Below are positions 47,861 through 61,316 of a stretch of 64,000 nt of DNA, one piece after another. The notes beneath the pieces are model-generated. The model searched no databases, had not been told where the DNA came from, and saw only the letters and a program-made list of their open reading frames with translations. Origin of the DNA: Octopus sinensis. Taxonomy: Eukaryota. Where the stretch lies: the NCBI RefSeq assembly GCF_006345805.1, contig NC_043026.1, forward strand, positions 14,239,579 to 14,303,578, in the 5' to 3' direction. The stretch's first letter is position 1; the number at the start of each line of letters is the position of its first letter. The position numbers and the translations under genes were made by a program.

Positions 47861-49797
47861 TTAACCCTTTCGTTACTGTATTTATTTTGAGATGATCTCT
47901 GTTTCTTTCAATTACTTTAAATATAACAAAGAATTTAGTAAAATAACTTAGTTATCATTAAGCTAGTGTTAGGAACATAAATTGTGACTAAGGTTTGGTG
48001 GAAGATTTTAATTCAGAACTTATGAAAACAAGACATTTGTACTACAGAGACAGAGCTGGTATTGAAAGGGTTAAAAACACCTCTACATTTGGGCAGATGG
48101 ACATTAGAAGCTGTTGAAAGGGTGTGGATTGAAAGAAATGTAGGTTATTATTTCTAGCATGTAGAGTGACCACACTGAGGTCACCTTCTCTCATGTCTTC
48201 TGCTGATTATTTTTCTTCTTAACCCTTTCGTTACTGTATTTATTTTGAGATGTTCTGTGTTTCTTTCAATTACTTTAAATATAACAAAGAATTTAGTAAA
48301 ATAACTTAGTTATCATTAAGCTAGTGTTAGGAACATCAATTGTGACAAAGGTTTGGTGGAAGATTTTAATTCAAAACCTATGAAAACAAGACATTTGTAC
48401 TACAGAGACAGAAGTGGTTTCAACCAGGTTGGTACCAAAAAGGGTTCAGAATTGTTCTCTATTATATATTTCAACCTTTTGTTACCATATTTCTGTTTTG
48501 AGATGCTCTGTGTTCTTTCAATTACTTTAAATATACAAAGAATTTAGTAAAATAACTTAGTTATCATTCAGATAGTGTAGGAACACAAATTGTGACTAAG
48601 GTTGGTGGAAGATTTTAATTCAGAACTTATGAAAACAAGACATTTGTACTACAGAGACAGAGCTGGTATTGAAAGGGTTAAAAACACCTCTACATTTGGG
48701 CAGATGGACATTAGAAGCTGTTGAAAGGGTGTGGATTGAAAGAAATGTAGGTTATTATTTCTAGCATGTAGAGTGACCACACTGAGGTCACCTTCTCTCA
48801 TGTCTTCTGCTGATTATTTTTCTTCTTAACCCTTTCGTTACTGTATTTATTTTGAGATGTTCTGTGTTTCTTTCAATTACTTTAAATATAACAAAGAATT
48901 TAGTAAAATAACTTAGTTATCATTAAGCTAGTGTTAGGAACATCAATTGTGACAAAGGTTTGGTGGAAGATTTTAATTCAAAACCTATGAAAACAAGACA
49001 TTTGTACTACAGAGACAGAAGTGGTTTCAACCAGGTTGGTACCAAACAGGGTTCAGAATTGTTCTCTATTATATATTTCAACCTTTTGTTACCATATTTC
49101 TGTTTTGAGATGCTCTGTGTTCTTTCAATTACTTTAAATATAACAAAGAATTTAGTAAAATAACTTAGTTATCATTAAGCTAGTGTTAGGAACATCAATT
49201 GTGACAAAGGTTTGGTGGAAGATTTTAATTCAAAACCTATGAAAACAAGACATTTGTACTACAGAGACAGAAGTGGTTTCAACCAGGTTGGTACCAAACA
49301 GGGTTCAGAATTGTTTCTCTATTATATATTTCAACCCTTTTGTTACCATATTTCTGTTTTGAGATGCTCTGTGTTTCTTTCAATTACTTTAAATATAACA
49401 AAGAATTTAGTAAAATAACTTAGTTATCATTCAGATAGTGTTAGGAACACAAATTGTGACTAAGGTTTGGTGGAAGATTTTAATTCAAATCTTATGAAAA
49501 CTCGACATTTGTACTCAGAGCCAGAACCGGTTTCAGCCGGGTTCATAATGAAAGGGTTAAAAACACCACTACATTTGGGCAGATGGATATTAGAAGCAGT
49601 TGAAAGGGTGTGGATTGAAGGAAATTTAGGCTATTATTTCTAGCATATAGAGTGACCACATTGAGGTCTCCTTCTCTCATGTCTTCTGCTGATTATTTTT
49701 CTTCTTAACCCTTTCGTTACTGTATTTATTTTAAGATGTTCTGTGTTTCTTTCAATTTCTTTAAATATAACAAAGAATTTAGTAAAATAACTTAGTT
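47861..49797 (+). mobile_element. About seven head-to-tail copies of a piggyBac-type MITE with duplicated spacers
   Basis: TTAA|CCCTTTCGTTAC...GAAAGGG|TTAA ends. Copies start near 47861, 48219, 48469, 48826, 49077, 49330 and 49706. Two spacer types recur (~145 bp and ~20 bp). Confidence 0.75.
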
Positions 49798-50133
49798 TAT
49801 AAAACATCTTTTTTTCTTGGCTTTATTGAGAAAATTCTATAGTTTGTAAGATATTTGTTGTTTTTTTTCTTCAATTTCTGCAATTTCAAACAATCACTGA
49901 CGTCCATTGAGGTGAAAACTTTCTGTATCGTATGAATATGTCCCTCGTTTAAGAAACAGATTGGGTTTATTTACATTTCTGAAGAAAAAAAGATACCCTT
50001 CCCCACACCCTTAACCCTAACCCTAACCCTAAAACAGATTGAAATGCAATAGATCGATACTAGGGTCATAATTATGGGTGACAATTCCATATGACACCGC
50101 TAGAAAAAACTGCCGTTCAAACCGAAAAGATCC
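49797..50133 (-). mobile_element. Truncated MITE copy with (CCCTAA)3
   Basis: One terminus GATCC at 50129-50133; the other end is missing. A further end fragment lies at 50919-50985 and another at 16441-16501. Confidence 0.8.
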
Positions 50134-50619
50134 GAAAATACTCACATACATACAGAAATGAAAACAGTCACACAGACACACAGAAATGAAAACACACAGT
50201 TACACACTCACTCACTCACTCACATACACACACAAGCAATGACCTGGAAACATTCTCTCATACGTGCGCGCACACAGACACAGAAATGAAAGCACACACA
50301 CACACACATTGGCCGACCCACACACTCATACAATTTCTTCAGAAATACACTGTTTTAAGGTCAACATATTTAAAGCATAAATAGCTACGAGTGTGCGTCT
50401 TTGCATGTATCTATGTGTGTGTGTGTGCAGACGTGTGGTTGTTTGTATGTGTGTGAGCACAGTCCACCCAAAATTCACAAAAAGTCCCTTCTATTGATTT
50501 TTAATGGCTTCGCGGGGTGACTGGGGAAATGTAAAGATATGCACGACCACCCTTGGATAGTTTTGAAGGACCATAGAAAATGCGAGCCCTCTAACTGAAA
50601 AATTGTGGATTTGTATAAT

Positions 50620-50820
50620 AAAGGACACACACACAGACATTTTGCCGTTTATACATATATACGACGGGCTTCTTTCAGTTTCCGTTCACCAAATCCACTC
50701 ACAAGTCTTTGGTCGGCCCAAGGCTATAGTAGAAGACACCTGCCCAAGGTGCCACACAGTGGGACTGAACCCAGAAACATGTGGTTGGTAAGCAAGCTAC
50801 TTCCCATACAGTCACTCCTG
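50620..50820 (-). mobile_element. SINE family 1 head
   Basis: Reverse-complement match. Confidence 0.8.
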
Positions 50821-50984
50821 TTTGTTAACCTGACAACAAGTTCAAGGTGAGCTCCGATTGGTTGTATGCAAATGAGTTCATTAATGGTGTCCGGAACTGT
50901 AGTGGGAGAAAAAAACTTGGATATTTTCGGTTTGAACGGCAGTTTTTTAACATAATTTCTGGGTAACTAAAAAATTTTAAACCT

Positions 50985-51360
50985 GGCTATCCATATACCA
51001 AAAAGGATAGAAAGAGAACAGCTTACACAAATGTGTAAATTCTACCTGAAAGGTGTCTGCTGGCATGGAGAGAAAGGTGCAGGCTGCCGTTTTGAACACC
51101 TAAGACCCTGCCACATAAAACAGGGCAGAAACCAACTGCCAAAAGGAAAAGGAAAGGACTATGCACCACCTGCCCCAAAACGGGGGTACGCAGATGTAGT
51201 GTGTGTTATAAACCATCAACATCTTATTGAAAGGGCAGCTGCTTAACAAGAATCTTTTTTGTGCATGGCACAAAAAATTGTACAGCAGCTAACCAAGCTC
51301 CATCAGACTCAAACTTGCAGATGGGACTATACACAATACACAAGACCGCCACAGCAAATA
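50985..51360 (+). pseudogene. Degenerate fragment with a CCCH zinc finger, probably LINE ORF1
   Basis: CKFYLKGVCWHGEKGAGCRFEH fits C-x7-C-x8-C-x3-H. Higher GC than the flanks; runs into (TA)n. Confidence 0.5.
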
Positions 51361-51627
51361 TCTATATATATATATATATATTATAGTATATATACATAAA
51401 TATATATATATATATATACATATGTATATATATATATATATCTCATATATATATATATACATATGTATATATCTATATATACATATGTATATATATATAT
51501 ATATATATATACATGTGTATATATATATATACATATGTATATATATATATATACATATGTATATATATTATATTATACATATGTATATATTATATATATA
51601 TACATATGTATATATATATATATATAC

Positions 51628-51666
<39 letters not shown>

Positions 51667-51755
51667 TACATATATATACCTATACATCTATATATATATA
51701 CATATATATATATATATTATATATATATATAATATATACATATATTTATATATAC

Positions 51756-51786
<31 letters not shown>

Positions 51787-51804
51787 CATATATATATATA
51801 TAAC

Positions 51805-51854
<50 letters not shown>

Positions 51855-51857
51855 TAC

Positions 51858-51889
<32 letters not shown>

Positions 51890-52188
51890 TATACATATAT
51901 ATATATATATATTATACATATATATAATATACATATATATATACACATATATATATATATACATATATATATATACATATATATATTACATATATTATAT
52001 ATATATTAATATATATATCTACATAATATAATATATACATATATTATATATGTACATATATATATATACATATAATATACATATATATATATAATATATA
52101 TATACATATATATATATACATATATATATATACATATATATACATATATTATATAATATATATATATATACATATTATATTATTATAC

Positions 52189-52279
<91 letters not shown>

Positions 52280-52442
52280 CTATATATATATATATATATA
52301 CATATATATAATATACAATATATATATATATATATATTATATATATAATATATATATCTATATATAACATATATATATATATATATATTATATATACATA
52401 TATATATATACATATATATATTATAAATTATATATATTATAC

Positions 52443-52491
<49 letters not shown>

Positions 52492-52510
52492 ACATATATA
52501 TATATATAAC

Positions 52511-52559
<49 letters not shown>

Positions 52560-52947
52560 CATATATAATATATACATATTATACATAATATATAATATAT
52601 ATATACATATATTATATATATACATATAATATATATACATATATATATATATATATACATAATATATATATTAACATATATATATATACATAATATATAT
52701 ATAAATATATATATATACATACATATATATATATATATATACATACATATATATAATACATATATATATAACATATATATATATTATATATTATATATAC
52801 ATACATAATATATATTATATATATATACATACATATATATATATTATATATATATATACATATATATATATATTAATATATATATATATATATATGCATA
52901 CATATATATATATATTATATACATACATATATATATAATATATATAT

Positions 52948-52986
<39 letters not shown>

Positions 52987-53002
52987 AATATATATATATA
53001 TA

Positions 53003-54455
53003 TGTGGTGAAGCAGGACGAGGTGGTGAAGCACGACCTTCGAACTTTAGGTCTCACCAAGGAAATGACTGAAGACCGAGTCCTATGGCAGTGTGCTGTGC
53101 ATGAGAGGACCCGGCAGGACTAGTCAGGCCATATCCGTGGCCTACCTGGGACGTAGTCGATCCACCTGTGCATACCTTCCTTCTTGTGACCTTGTGAAGA
53201 CCTGCTGAGGCAAGTGAAAATCAATCAAAATAGATGAACATCAATGGAATTTGTATCTTTGTGGTACCAGTGCCTGTGGCACACAAGAAAACCATCCGAC
53301 GTGGCCATAGCCAGTACCGCATCGACCGGCCTCCGTGCTGTGGGCACATAACAAACACCATCCGGATCATGGCCGTTCGCCAGCCTCATCTGGCACCTGT
53401 GTCGGTGCAACAAAAAAACACCTTCGAAGACCTGGCAAGACTAGTCAGTCCACCTGTGCATACCTTCCTTCCTTCTTTTGACACTTGTGAAGACCGGTTG
53501 AGGCAAGTGAAAATCAAATCAAAATAGACAAAATAGATGAACATCAATGGAATTTGTATCTTGTGGTACCAGTGCCTGTGGCACACAAGAAATCCATCAA
53601 TGCTGTAGTCAGTGCGGTGGGCACATGACAAACACCATCCGATCGTGGCCGTTCGCCAGCCCATCTAGCACCTGTGTCGGTGGCATAAAAACACCATCCG
53701 AAGACCCGGCAAGACTAGTCAGGCCATAACCCATGGCCCTACCTGGGACGTAGTCAGTCCACCTGTGGCATACCTTCCTTCTTGTGACACTTGTGAAGAC
53801 CTGTTGAGGCAAGTGAAAATCAAATCAAATCAAAACAAAATCAAAATAGATGAACATCAATGGAATTTGTATCTTTGTGGTACCAGTGCCGGTGGCACGT
53901 GGCACATAAGAAACCATCCGAACGTGGCCGTAGCCAGTACCGCATCGACTGGCCCTCCGTGCTGTGGGCAGTAACAAGCACCATCCGATCGTGGCCGTTT
54001 GCCAGCCTCATCTGGCACCTGCGTCGGTGGCACATAAAAACACCATCCGAGCGTGGCCGTCTGCCGCCTCGTCTGGCACCTGTGTCGGTGGCACATAAAA
54101 ACACCATCCGAGCGTGGCCGTCTGCCAGCCTCGTCTGGCACCTGTGTCGGTGGCACATAAAAAAAAATCCGAGCGTGGCCGTCTGCCAGCCTCGTCTGGC
54201 ACCTGTGTCGGTGGCACATAAAAAACACCATCCGAGCGTGGCGTTTGTCAGCCTCGTCTGGCACCTGTGTCGGTGGCACATAAATCACCCACTACACTCT
54301 CGGAGTGGTTGGCGTTAGGAAGGGCATCCAGCTGTAGAAACACTGCCAGATCTGACTGGACTGGTGCAGCTTTCGGGCTCCCCAGACCCCAGTTGAACCG
54401 TCCAACCCATGCTAGCATGGAAAGCGGACGTTAAATGATGATGATGATGAGATGA
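53003..54455 (+). mobile_element. 3' end of an RTE-clade LINE with an internally multiplied 3' UTR and a (GAT)n tail
   Basis: Translates to [35 protein letters not shown], an RTE-like ORF end. Followed by three ~300-bp UTR repeats, five ~62-bp repeats (53980-54283), ggttggcgttaggaagggcatccagctgtag and gatgatgat. Confidence 0.75.
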
Positions 54456-54462
54456 TATATAC

Positions 54463-54495
<33 letters not shown>

Positions 54496-54566
54496 CATAC
54501 ATATATATATATACATACATATATAATATTATATACATACATATATATATATATACATACATATAT

Positions 54567-54598
<32 letters not shown>

Positions 54599-54798
54599 CA
54601 TACATACATACATAATATATATATATATATATATATATATAAACATACATACATATAATATATTATATATATACATACATACATACATATAGACATAATC
54701 ATATATACATACAGAACATACATATATATATTATATATATATACATACATATATATATATATATATACATACATATATATATATATATATATACATAC

Positions 54799-54829
<31 letters not shown>

Positions 54830-55910
54830 CATACATATATATACATATATATATTATCAACAATCAAGGAACGCCATAATAGGCCATTCACCCACTAGAA
54901 ATAACAGCCAAAGCTTCAAACCGCAAATAAAAATCAATTCCGTAAAGCAGGAGAAAATTTAAAAAAACATTTACCCTGTAATTTCTTATACGATGCACCG
55001 TTTCATCTACTGTTTATGGTAAACTAACCTGATTAATTAAATCAAGCCAATCTGCCATAGGCCCTCAGATTCGTCAGAGAAAATAGCCAAGTCGGAACAG
55101 ATATTTTCACGAGGCATTTCCGACCCTGCCAAGGCAATATCTGACCTAAATTTTCAAATCATCGCACTCTCGCCCAAATTTATCGGCAGCAAATAAATAT
55201 AAGCCGTCGATTCCATTACGGAATTAACCAGAAAATTCATAATTAATCAATATACGGTGGCAAAAAATTTTGTAGAATTTTTTTGCCACCAGCGGCCTAG
55301 TGGGAAAAAATTAAATAGTCATAGACCATTTTTAAGTTCAACATCAACAATCAAGGAACGGCCATAATAGGCCATTCACCCACTAGAAATAACCGTATAT
55401 ATATATGTATGTATATATTGTATATATATATATATATGTATGTATATATACATATAGATATATATATATATACATAACTACATATATATATCTATGATAT
55501 ATATATTAGATACATACATATATATAATATATATACATACATATATATATATATATATACTACATATATATATATACATACAATATATACATACATATAT
55601 ATAATACAATACATATATAAATACATCTATATATTACATACATATATATACATAAGATATTATATACATACAATATATACATACTATATATATATACATA
55701 CATATATATATACTACATATATAGTATAGATATATATATATATATACATACCATAGATATATATAGATACATACATATATTATAACATACATATATATTA
55801 TATATATATACATATAATAAATATACATATATATATATAATATATATATAATACATTATATAAATATAATTATATATATATATATATACATATATATAAA
55901 TATACATATA

Positions 55911-55943
<33 letters not shown>

Positions 55944-55985
55944 ACTATATACATATATATATATATACATAGATATATATATAAC

Positions 55986-56018
<33 letters not shown>

Positions 56019-56696
56019 CAATATATATATACATATATATATATATATACATATATATATAATATACATATATATATATATACATATATATATATACATA
56101 TATATATATATACCTATATATATATATACATAATATATTACATATATATATATATATATACATATATACATATATATATAGATATACATAATTACATATA
56201 TTATATAATATACATATATATATATATACATATATATATATACATATATATATATCATAACTATTATATATACATATATATAATACAATATATATATACA
56301 TATATACTATATATTATATATACATATATATATATATATACATAATTACATATAATATATATACATATATATACATATATATACATATATATACATACAT
56401 ATATATATATACATATATACATATATATATATATACATATATATATATCTATACATATATATATATATAGACATAATATATATATATAATTATACTATTA
56501 TATAGATATATAACATATATTATATAATATATATACACATATATATATATATATATATACACATATTATATCATATATATATGCATATATATACATATAG
56601 ATATATGTATATATAATATACCTATATATACATATATATATACACATATATATATATATATATACCATATATATACATATATATATATATATATAC

Positions 56697-56743
<47 letters not shown>

Positions 56744-56783
56744 ACACACATATATATATATATATACATATATATACATACAT

Positions 56784-57117
56784 AAACTTGCCATCAAGAT
56801 GTAGGACAAGATTCTGTGATAGCCTGGGCTTCCGAGGCCCACAGCTCTTCAATATCCTCCCGTGAACCTGAGAGACCTGCATGGGGTGGATACAGATGTT
56901 TAAAAATGGAGCTGGATCTCTTCCTGTCAGGGTGTCCCAGATGAACCAACTTCACGGCAGGAGGGGCAGATGAGGGCAGCTGCATCGAACTCTCTCATGC
57001 ACCAAATAGCAGTTGCTAGAAAGCCTCCATGAAGTGAAACCCAAGTAGCAACACCAAATGGCGGTGCCCCAGCATGGCCACAGCTCATGAGCTGAAACTG
57101 AATCAATCAATCAATCA
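56784..57117 (+). mobile_element. 3' end of an L2/CR1-group LINE (Crack/Daphne-like ORF2 terminus) with an (AATC)n tail
   Basis: Frameshifted translation [58 protein letters not shown]. The exact clade is uncertain. Confidence 0.65.
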
Positions 57118-57198
57118 TTATATACATATACATATACATATATAGATATTATACATATTATATATATATAACATATATATATATATATACATATATAT

Positions 57199-57233
<35 letters not shown>

Positions 57234-57340
57234 ATAGACCTAAGATATATATGTGTATATATATATATATATATATGTGTATATATATATATTATATATA
57301 TATATATATATTGTGTATATATATATATATATATAATATA

Positions 57341-57376
<36 letters not shown>

Positions 57377-57658
57377 GTGTATATATAATATATACATATA
57401 TATATATGTGGTATATATGATATATATATATACATATATATATATGTGTATATATATATATAATATAGTACACTATATATATATATATATACACATATAT
57501 ATATATATATGTGTGTGTGTATATATATATATATTATACACATATATATATATAATGTGTGTATATAATATATATATAGTGTATATAATATGTATATATA
57601 TATTATATATATATATATATGTATAATATTATATATATATATATATAATATACATATA

Positions 57659-57698
<40 letters not shown>

Positions 57699-58018
57699 GT
57701 GGTATATAATATACCATATATATATATATATATGTGTGGTATATATATATAAATATATAATGTGTGTATATATATATATCTAATTATGTTGTTATATAGT
57801 ATCTATATATATATATACATACTTATACTATATATATATATATCTAATATATATATATGTATATAATATATAGATATATATGTGTATCTATATATTATAT
57901 ATAGTATATATATGTCTATATATATATATATATATATATTTGTTATATATTTATATATATATATATTATTTCATTACATATATACATATATATATTATAT
58001 ATATATATTTATACATAT

Positions 58019-58049
<31 letters not shown>

Positions 58050-58391
58050 CTATATATACATATACATATATATACATTATATATATATATATATATATAT
58101 AGATATATATATATATACATATACATATATATATATCTAACATGTATATAATATACATATAGATATATATACCATATATATATACATATATATATACATA
58201 TATAATTTTATACATATATATATATACATATCTATATACATATACATATATATATACAATTACATATATATATACAATATATATATATACATCTATATAT
58301 ATATACATATATATATACATATATATATATACACACATATATATATACATATATAATATATCTATATATATATACACACATATATATATAC

Positions 58392-58427
<36 letters not shown>

Positions 58428-59471
58428 TATATACATATATATATATATATAATATATATAAAACACATATATATATACAATATATATATACATATATATA
58501 TATACATAGATATATACATATAGATACATACACATATATAAACATATATATATATACACATATATATACTATAGGAATATTATACCACAATATTATATAC
58601 ACATATAATATACATATATATAATACACATATATATTACATATATATATATACATATATATACACATATATATATATATATACACATATATATTATACAT
58701 ATATATATACATATATATATATACATATATATACATATATTATACATATATTATATACATATATATATATACATTACATTTATATATACATATATATAGC
58801 ATATATATACACTATATATATATATTATATACATATATATATATACATATATATATATACTATATATTATATTATACATAATATATATACATATATATAT
58901 ATACATATATATATACATATAGATAGATACATATATATATACATATATTTATATACATATATATATATATAACATATATATGATATATATATATATACAT
59001 ATACATATAATATACATTATATATATACATATATTATATAATATATATTATATATACATATATATATATACATATATATATATAATATACATATTTATAT
59101 ACATATATATATACATACATATATATACATTATATATACATATATAATATTACATATATATACATACATATATATATACATATATATACATACATATAAT
59201 ATACATATATATATATACATATATATATATACATATATATATATACATATATATTATACATATAATATATACATATATATATACATACATATATATATAT
59301 ACATACATATTATATATATACATACATACATATATATACATATATATAATATATATGATATACTATATATATATATATAATTAGAGACAAAACCACTATT
59401 ATGCAAATCAAACAAAGAAAGACTTAATCCAATAAATAAAAAATTTTATATAATTAAATATATTAAGATAT

Positions 59472-59517
59472 CCACCTACGATCGTTTCTGTCACTTCTAA
59501 GGACATTCATCAGGTGT
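59472..59517 (-). ncRNA. Type I minimal hammerhead ribozyme-like motif (opposite arm)
   Basis: Minus strand reads acac-CTGATGA-a-tgtc/cttagaagt/gaca-GAAA-c-gatc-GTA-g-gtgg: intact core and GUA triplet, with stem I out of register by one base. Confidence 0.6.
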
Positions 59518-59583
59518 TTCAAGACCTTCTTGCAGTTTAAACTATGACTTCATAGTTTAAAACTGCAAAGAATGTCTTTGAAA

Positions 59584-59630
59584 CCACCTGATGAATGTCC
59601 ATAGAAGTGACAAGAAACGATCGTTAGTGG
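59584..59630 (+). ncRNA. Type I minimal hammerhead ribozyme-like motif
   Basis: ccac-CTGATGA-a-tgtc/catagaagt/gaca-a-GAAA-c-gatc-g-TT-a-gtgg. Stem I is ccac/gtgg, stem II tgtc/gaca, and stem III is palindromic. One extra base lies at the cleavage site. Confidence 0.65.
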
Positions 59631-59872
59631 ATATCTTAATTATATTTAATTTATATAAAATTTTTTATGTATTGGATTAAGTCTTTTGTTTGTTTGATTT
59701 GCATAATAGTGGTTTTGTCTCTAATTAATATCATATATATATATATATATATATAATATATATATATATGTATATAAAATGAGATAGGGGTTGAAAATTC
59801 AACCCACCATGGGATTGATGTTTTATTGATTTAAGTATGGTTCTCCCATTTTCTAATTTTGTAGTATTTATA

Positions 59873-59913
<41 letters not shown>

Positions 59914-59926
59914 ATATATATATATG

Positions 59927-59976
<50 letters not shown>

Positions 59977-60390
59977 CTATACATATATACGTTGTTTGTT
60001 TGTCGTTTTATCCGCCACTCGCTTGACAACCGGTTGCTGGGTGTTGATGTCCCCGTAACTTAGCGGTTCTTCAGAAGAGAATGATAGATTAAATACCAGG
60101 CCTATAAAAAATAAGTCCTGGGGTAGATTTGTTCGAATAAAGGCGTTGCTCCACCATGGCCGCACTCAAATTACTGAAACAAATACAAGTGCGTAAAATA
60201 ACTACATAAATAAGGGAGATAACTAAAAAAAAGCTTTTTGAGTTACTTCCCTTTAACAATATGAAAGGAAGACGTGGCTACTATTTCAAATGTCTTCGTT
60301 TTGAATTAGCGAATTCAGTGTCGAGTCCGTTGTTCATCGGTTATGAAGAATAAAGGCTACGGCACAAAGTACTAATATATATTTCGTTCT

Positions 60391-60805
60391 GGCGAGCTGG
60401 CAGAATCGTTAGCACGCCGAGCGAAATGCTTGGCAGTATTTCGTCTGCCGCTACGTTCTGAGTTCAAATTCCGCCGAGGTCGACTTTACCTTTCATTCTT
60501 TCGGGATCGATAAATAAAGTACCAGTTTCGCACTGGGGTCGATATAATCGACTTAATCCCTTTGTCTGTCCTTGTTTGTCCCCTCTATGTTTAGCCCCTT
60601 GTGGGTAATAAAGAAATAGGTATATCGTCTGCCGCTACGTTCTGAGTTCAAATTCCGCCGAGGTCGACTTTACCTTTCATTCTTTCGCGGTCGATAAATA
60701 AAGTACCAGTTTCGCACTGAGGTCGATGTAATCGACTTAATCCCTTTGTCTGTCCTTGTTTGTCCCCTCTATGTTTAGCCCCTGTGGGCAGTAAAGAAAT
60801 ATATA
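60391..60805 (+). mobile_element. SINE family 2 with internal tandem duplication (second assembled copy at ~61463-61872, head fragment at ~62803-62860)
   Basis: Head ggcgagctggcagaatcgttagcacgcc, B-box-like gagttcaaattcc and a Nin/Deu-like domain. Confidence 0.75.
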
Positions 60806-61216
60806 TTTCGTTCTAGTTGTTCATTTTTGCTACAATCTTAAGCTTTAATAAAATTATAATGATACGGTCTTAAACTAATTTTGCCGGTTAAATTGAAAAC
60901 TTTATATTATTATTTAGCATTAGAATTCTCAAGATGTATAAAAATGGCTATTGTCTGCATCATTCGAAAGAGAAAAAATTCTGCATAAGGTGTGGTGAAT
61001 GATAAAAACATTTGGTATGGTGTTAATAATAAAATATTTTGTAAGAAATTGAACTTTTATCATCAGTCTTAAATTATTTCGCCAGTGTGTGTATATATAT
61101 ATAGAGAGAGAGAGTGCTGTGGTTTCAGTCCCACTGCGCGGACATTGCGCAGGTGTCCTTCTACTATAGCCCTGGCCTTGTGAGTGGATTGGTAGACAGA
61201 GACTAAAAGAAGCCTG

Positions 61217-61316
61217 NNNNNNNNNNNNNNNNNNNNNNNNNNNNNNNNNNNNNNNNNNNNNNNNNNNNNNNNNNNNNNNNNNNNNNNNNNNNNNNNNNNN
61301 NNNNNNNNNNNNNNNN
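61217..61316. other. Assembly gap (100 N)
   Basis: Run of N. Confidence 1.

Larger units (their letters stand above)
59379..59726. mobile_element. 348-bp palindromic element, probably Penelope-like-element/retrozyme derived
   Basis: The arms are near-perfect reverse complements around a 2-nt loop at 59548-59549, and each arm carries a hammerhead-like motif. Confidence 0.75.
51360..59990. repeat. Long (TA)n/(TACATA)n microsatellite fields (51360-53002, 54455-54855, 55395-56783, 57118-59378, 59727-59990)
   Basis: Direct inspection. Irregularities may partly be sequencing noise. Confidence 0.95.

Noticed and set aside
53980-54283. HDV-like ribozyme in the 62-bp RTE repeats (cctcgt loop)
   Set aside because: No P1 or P2 partner strands could be found; it is only a simple hairpin.
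51289-59341. Dozens of Tyr/Ile-rich ORFs
   Set aside because: These are translations of (TA)n microsatellite, which lacks stops in some frames.
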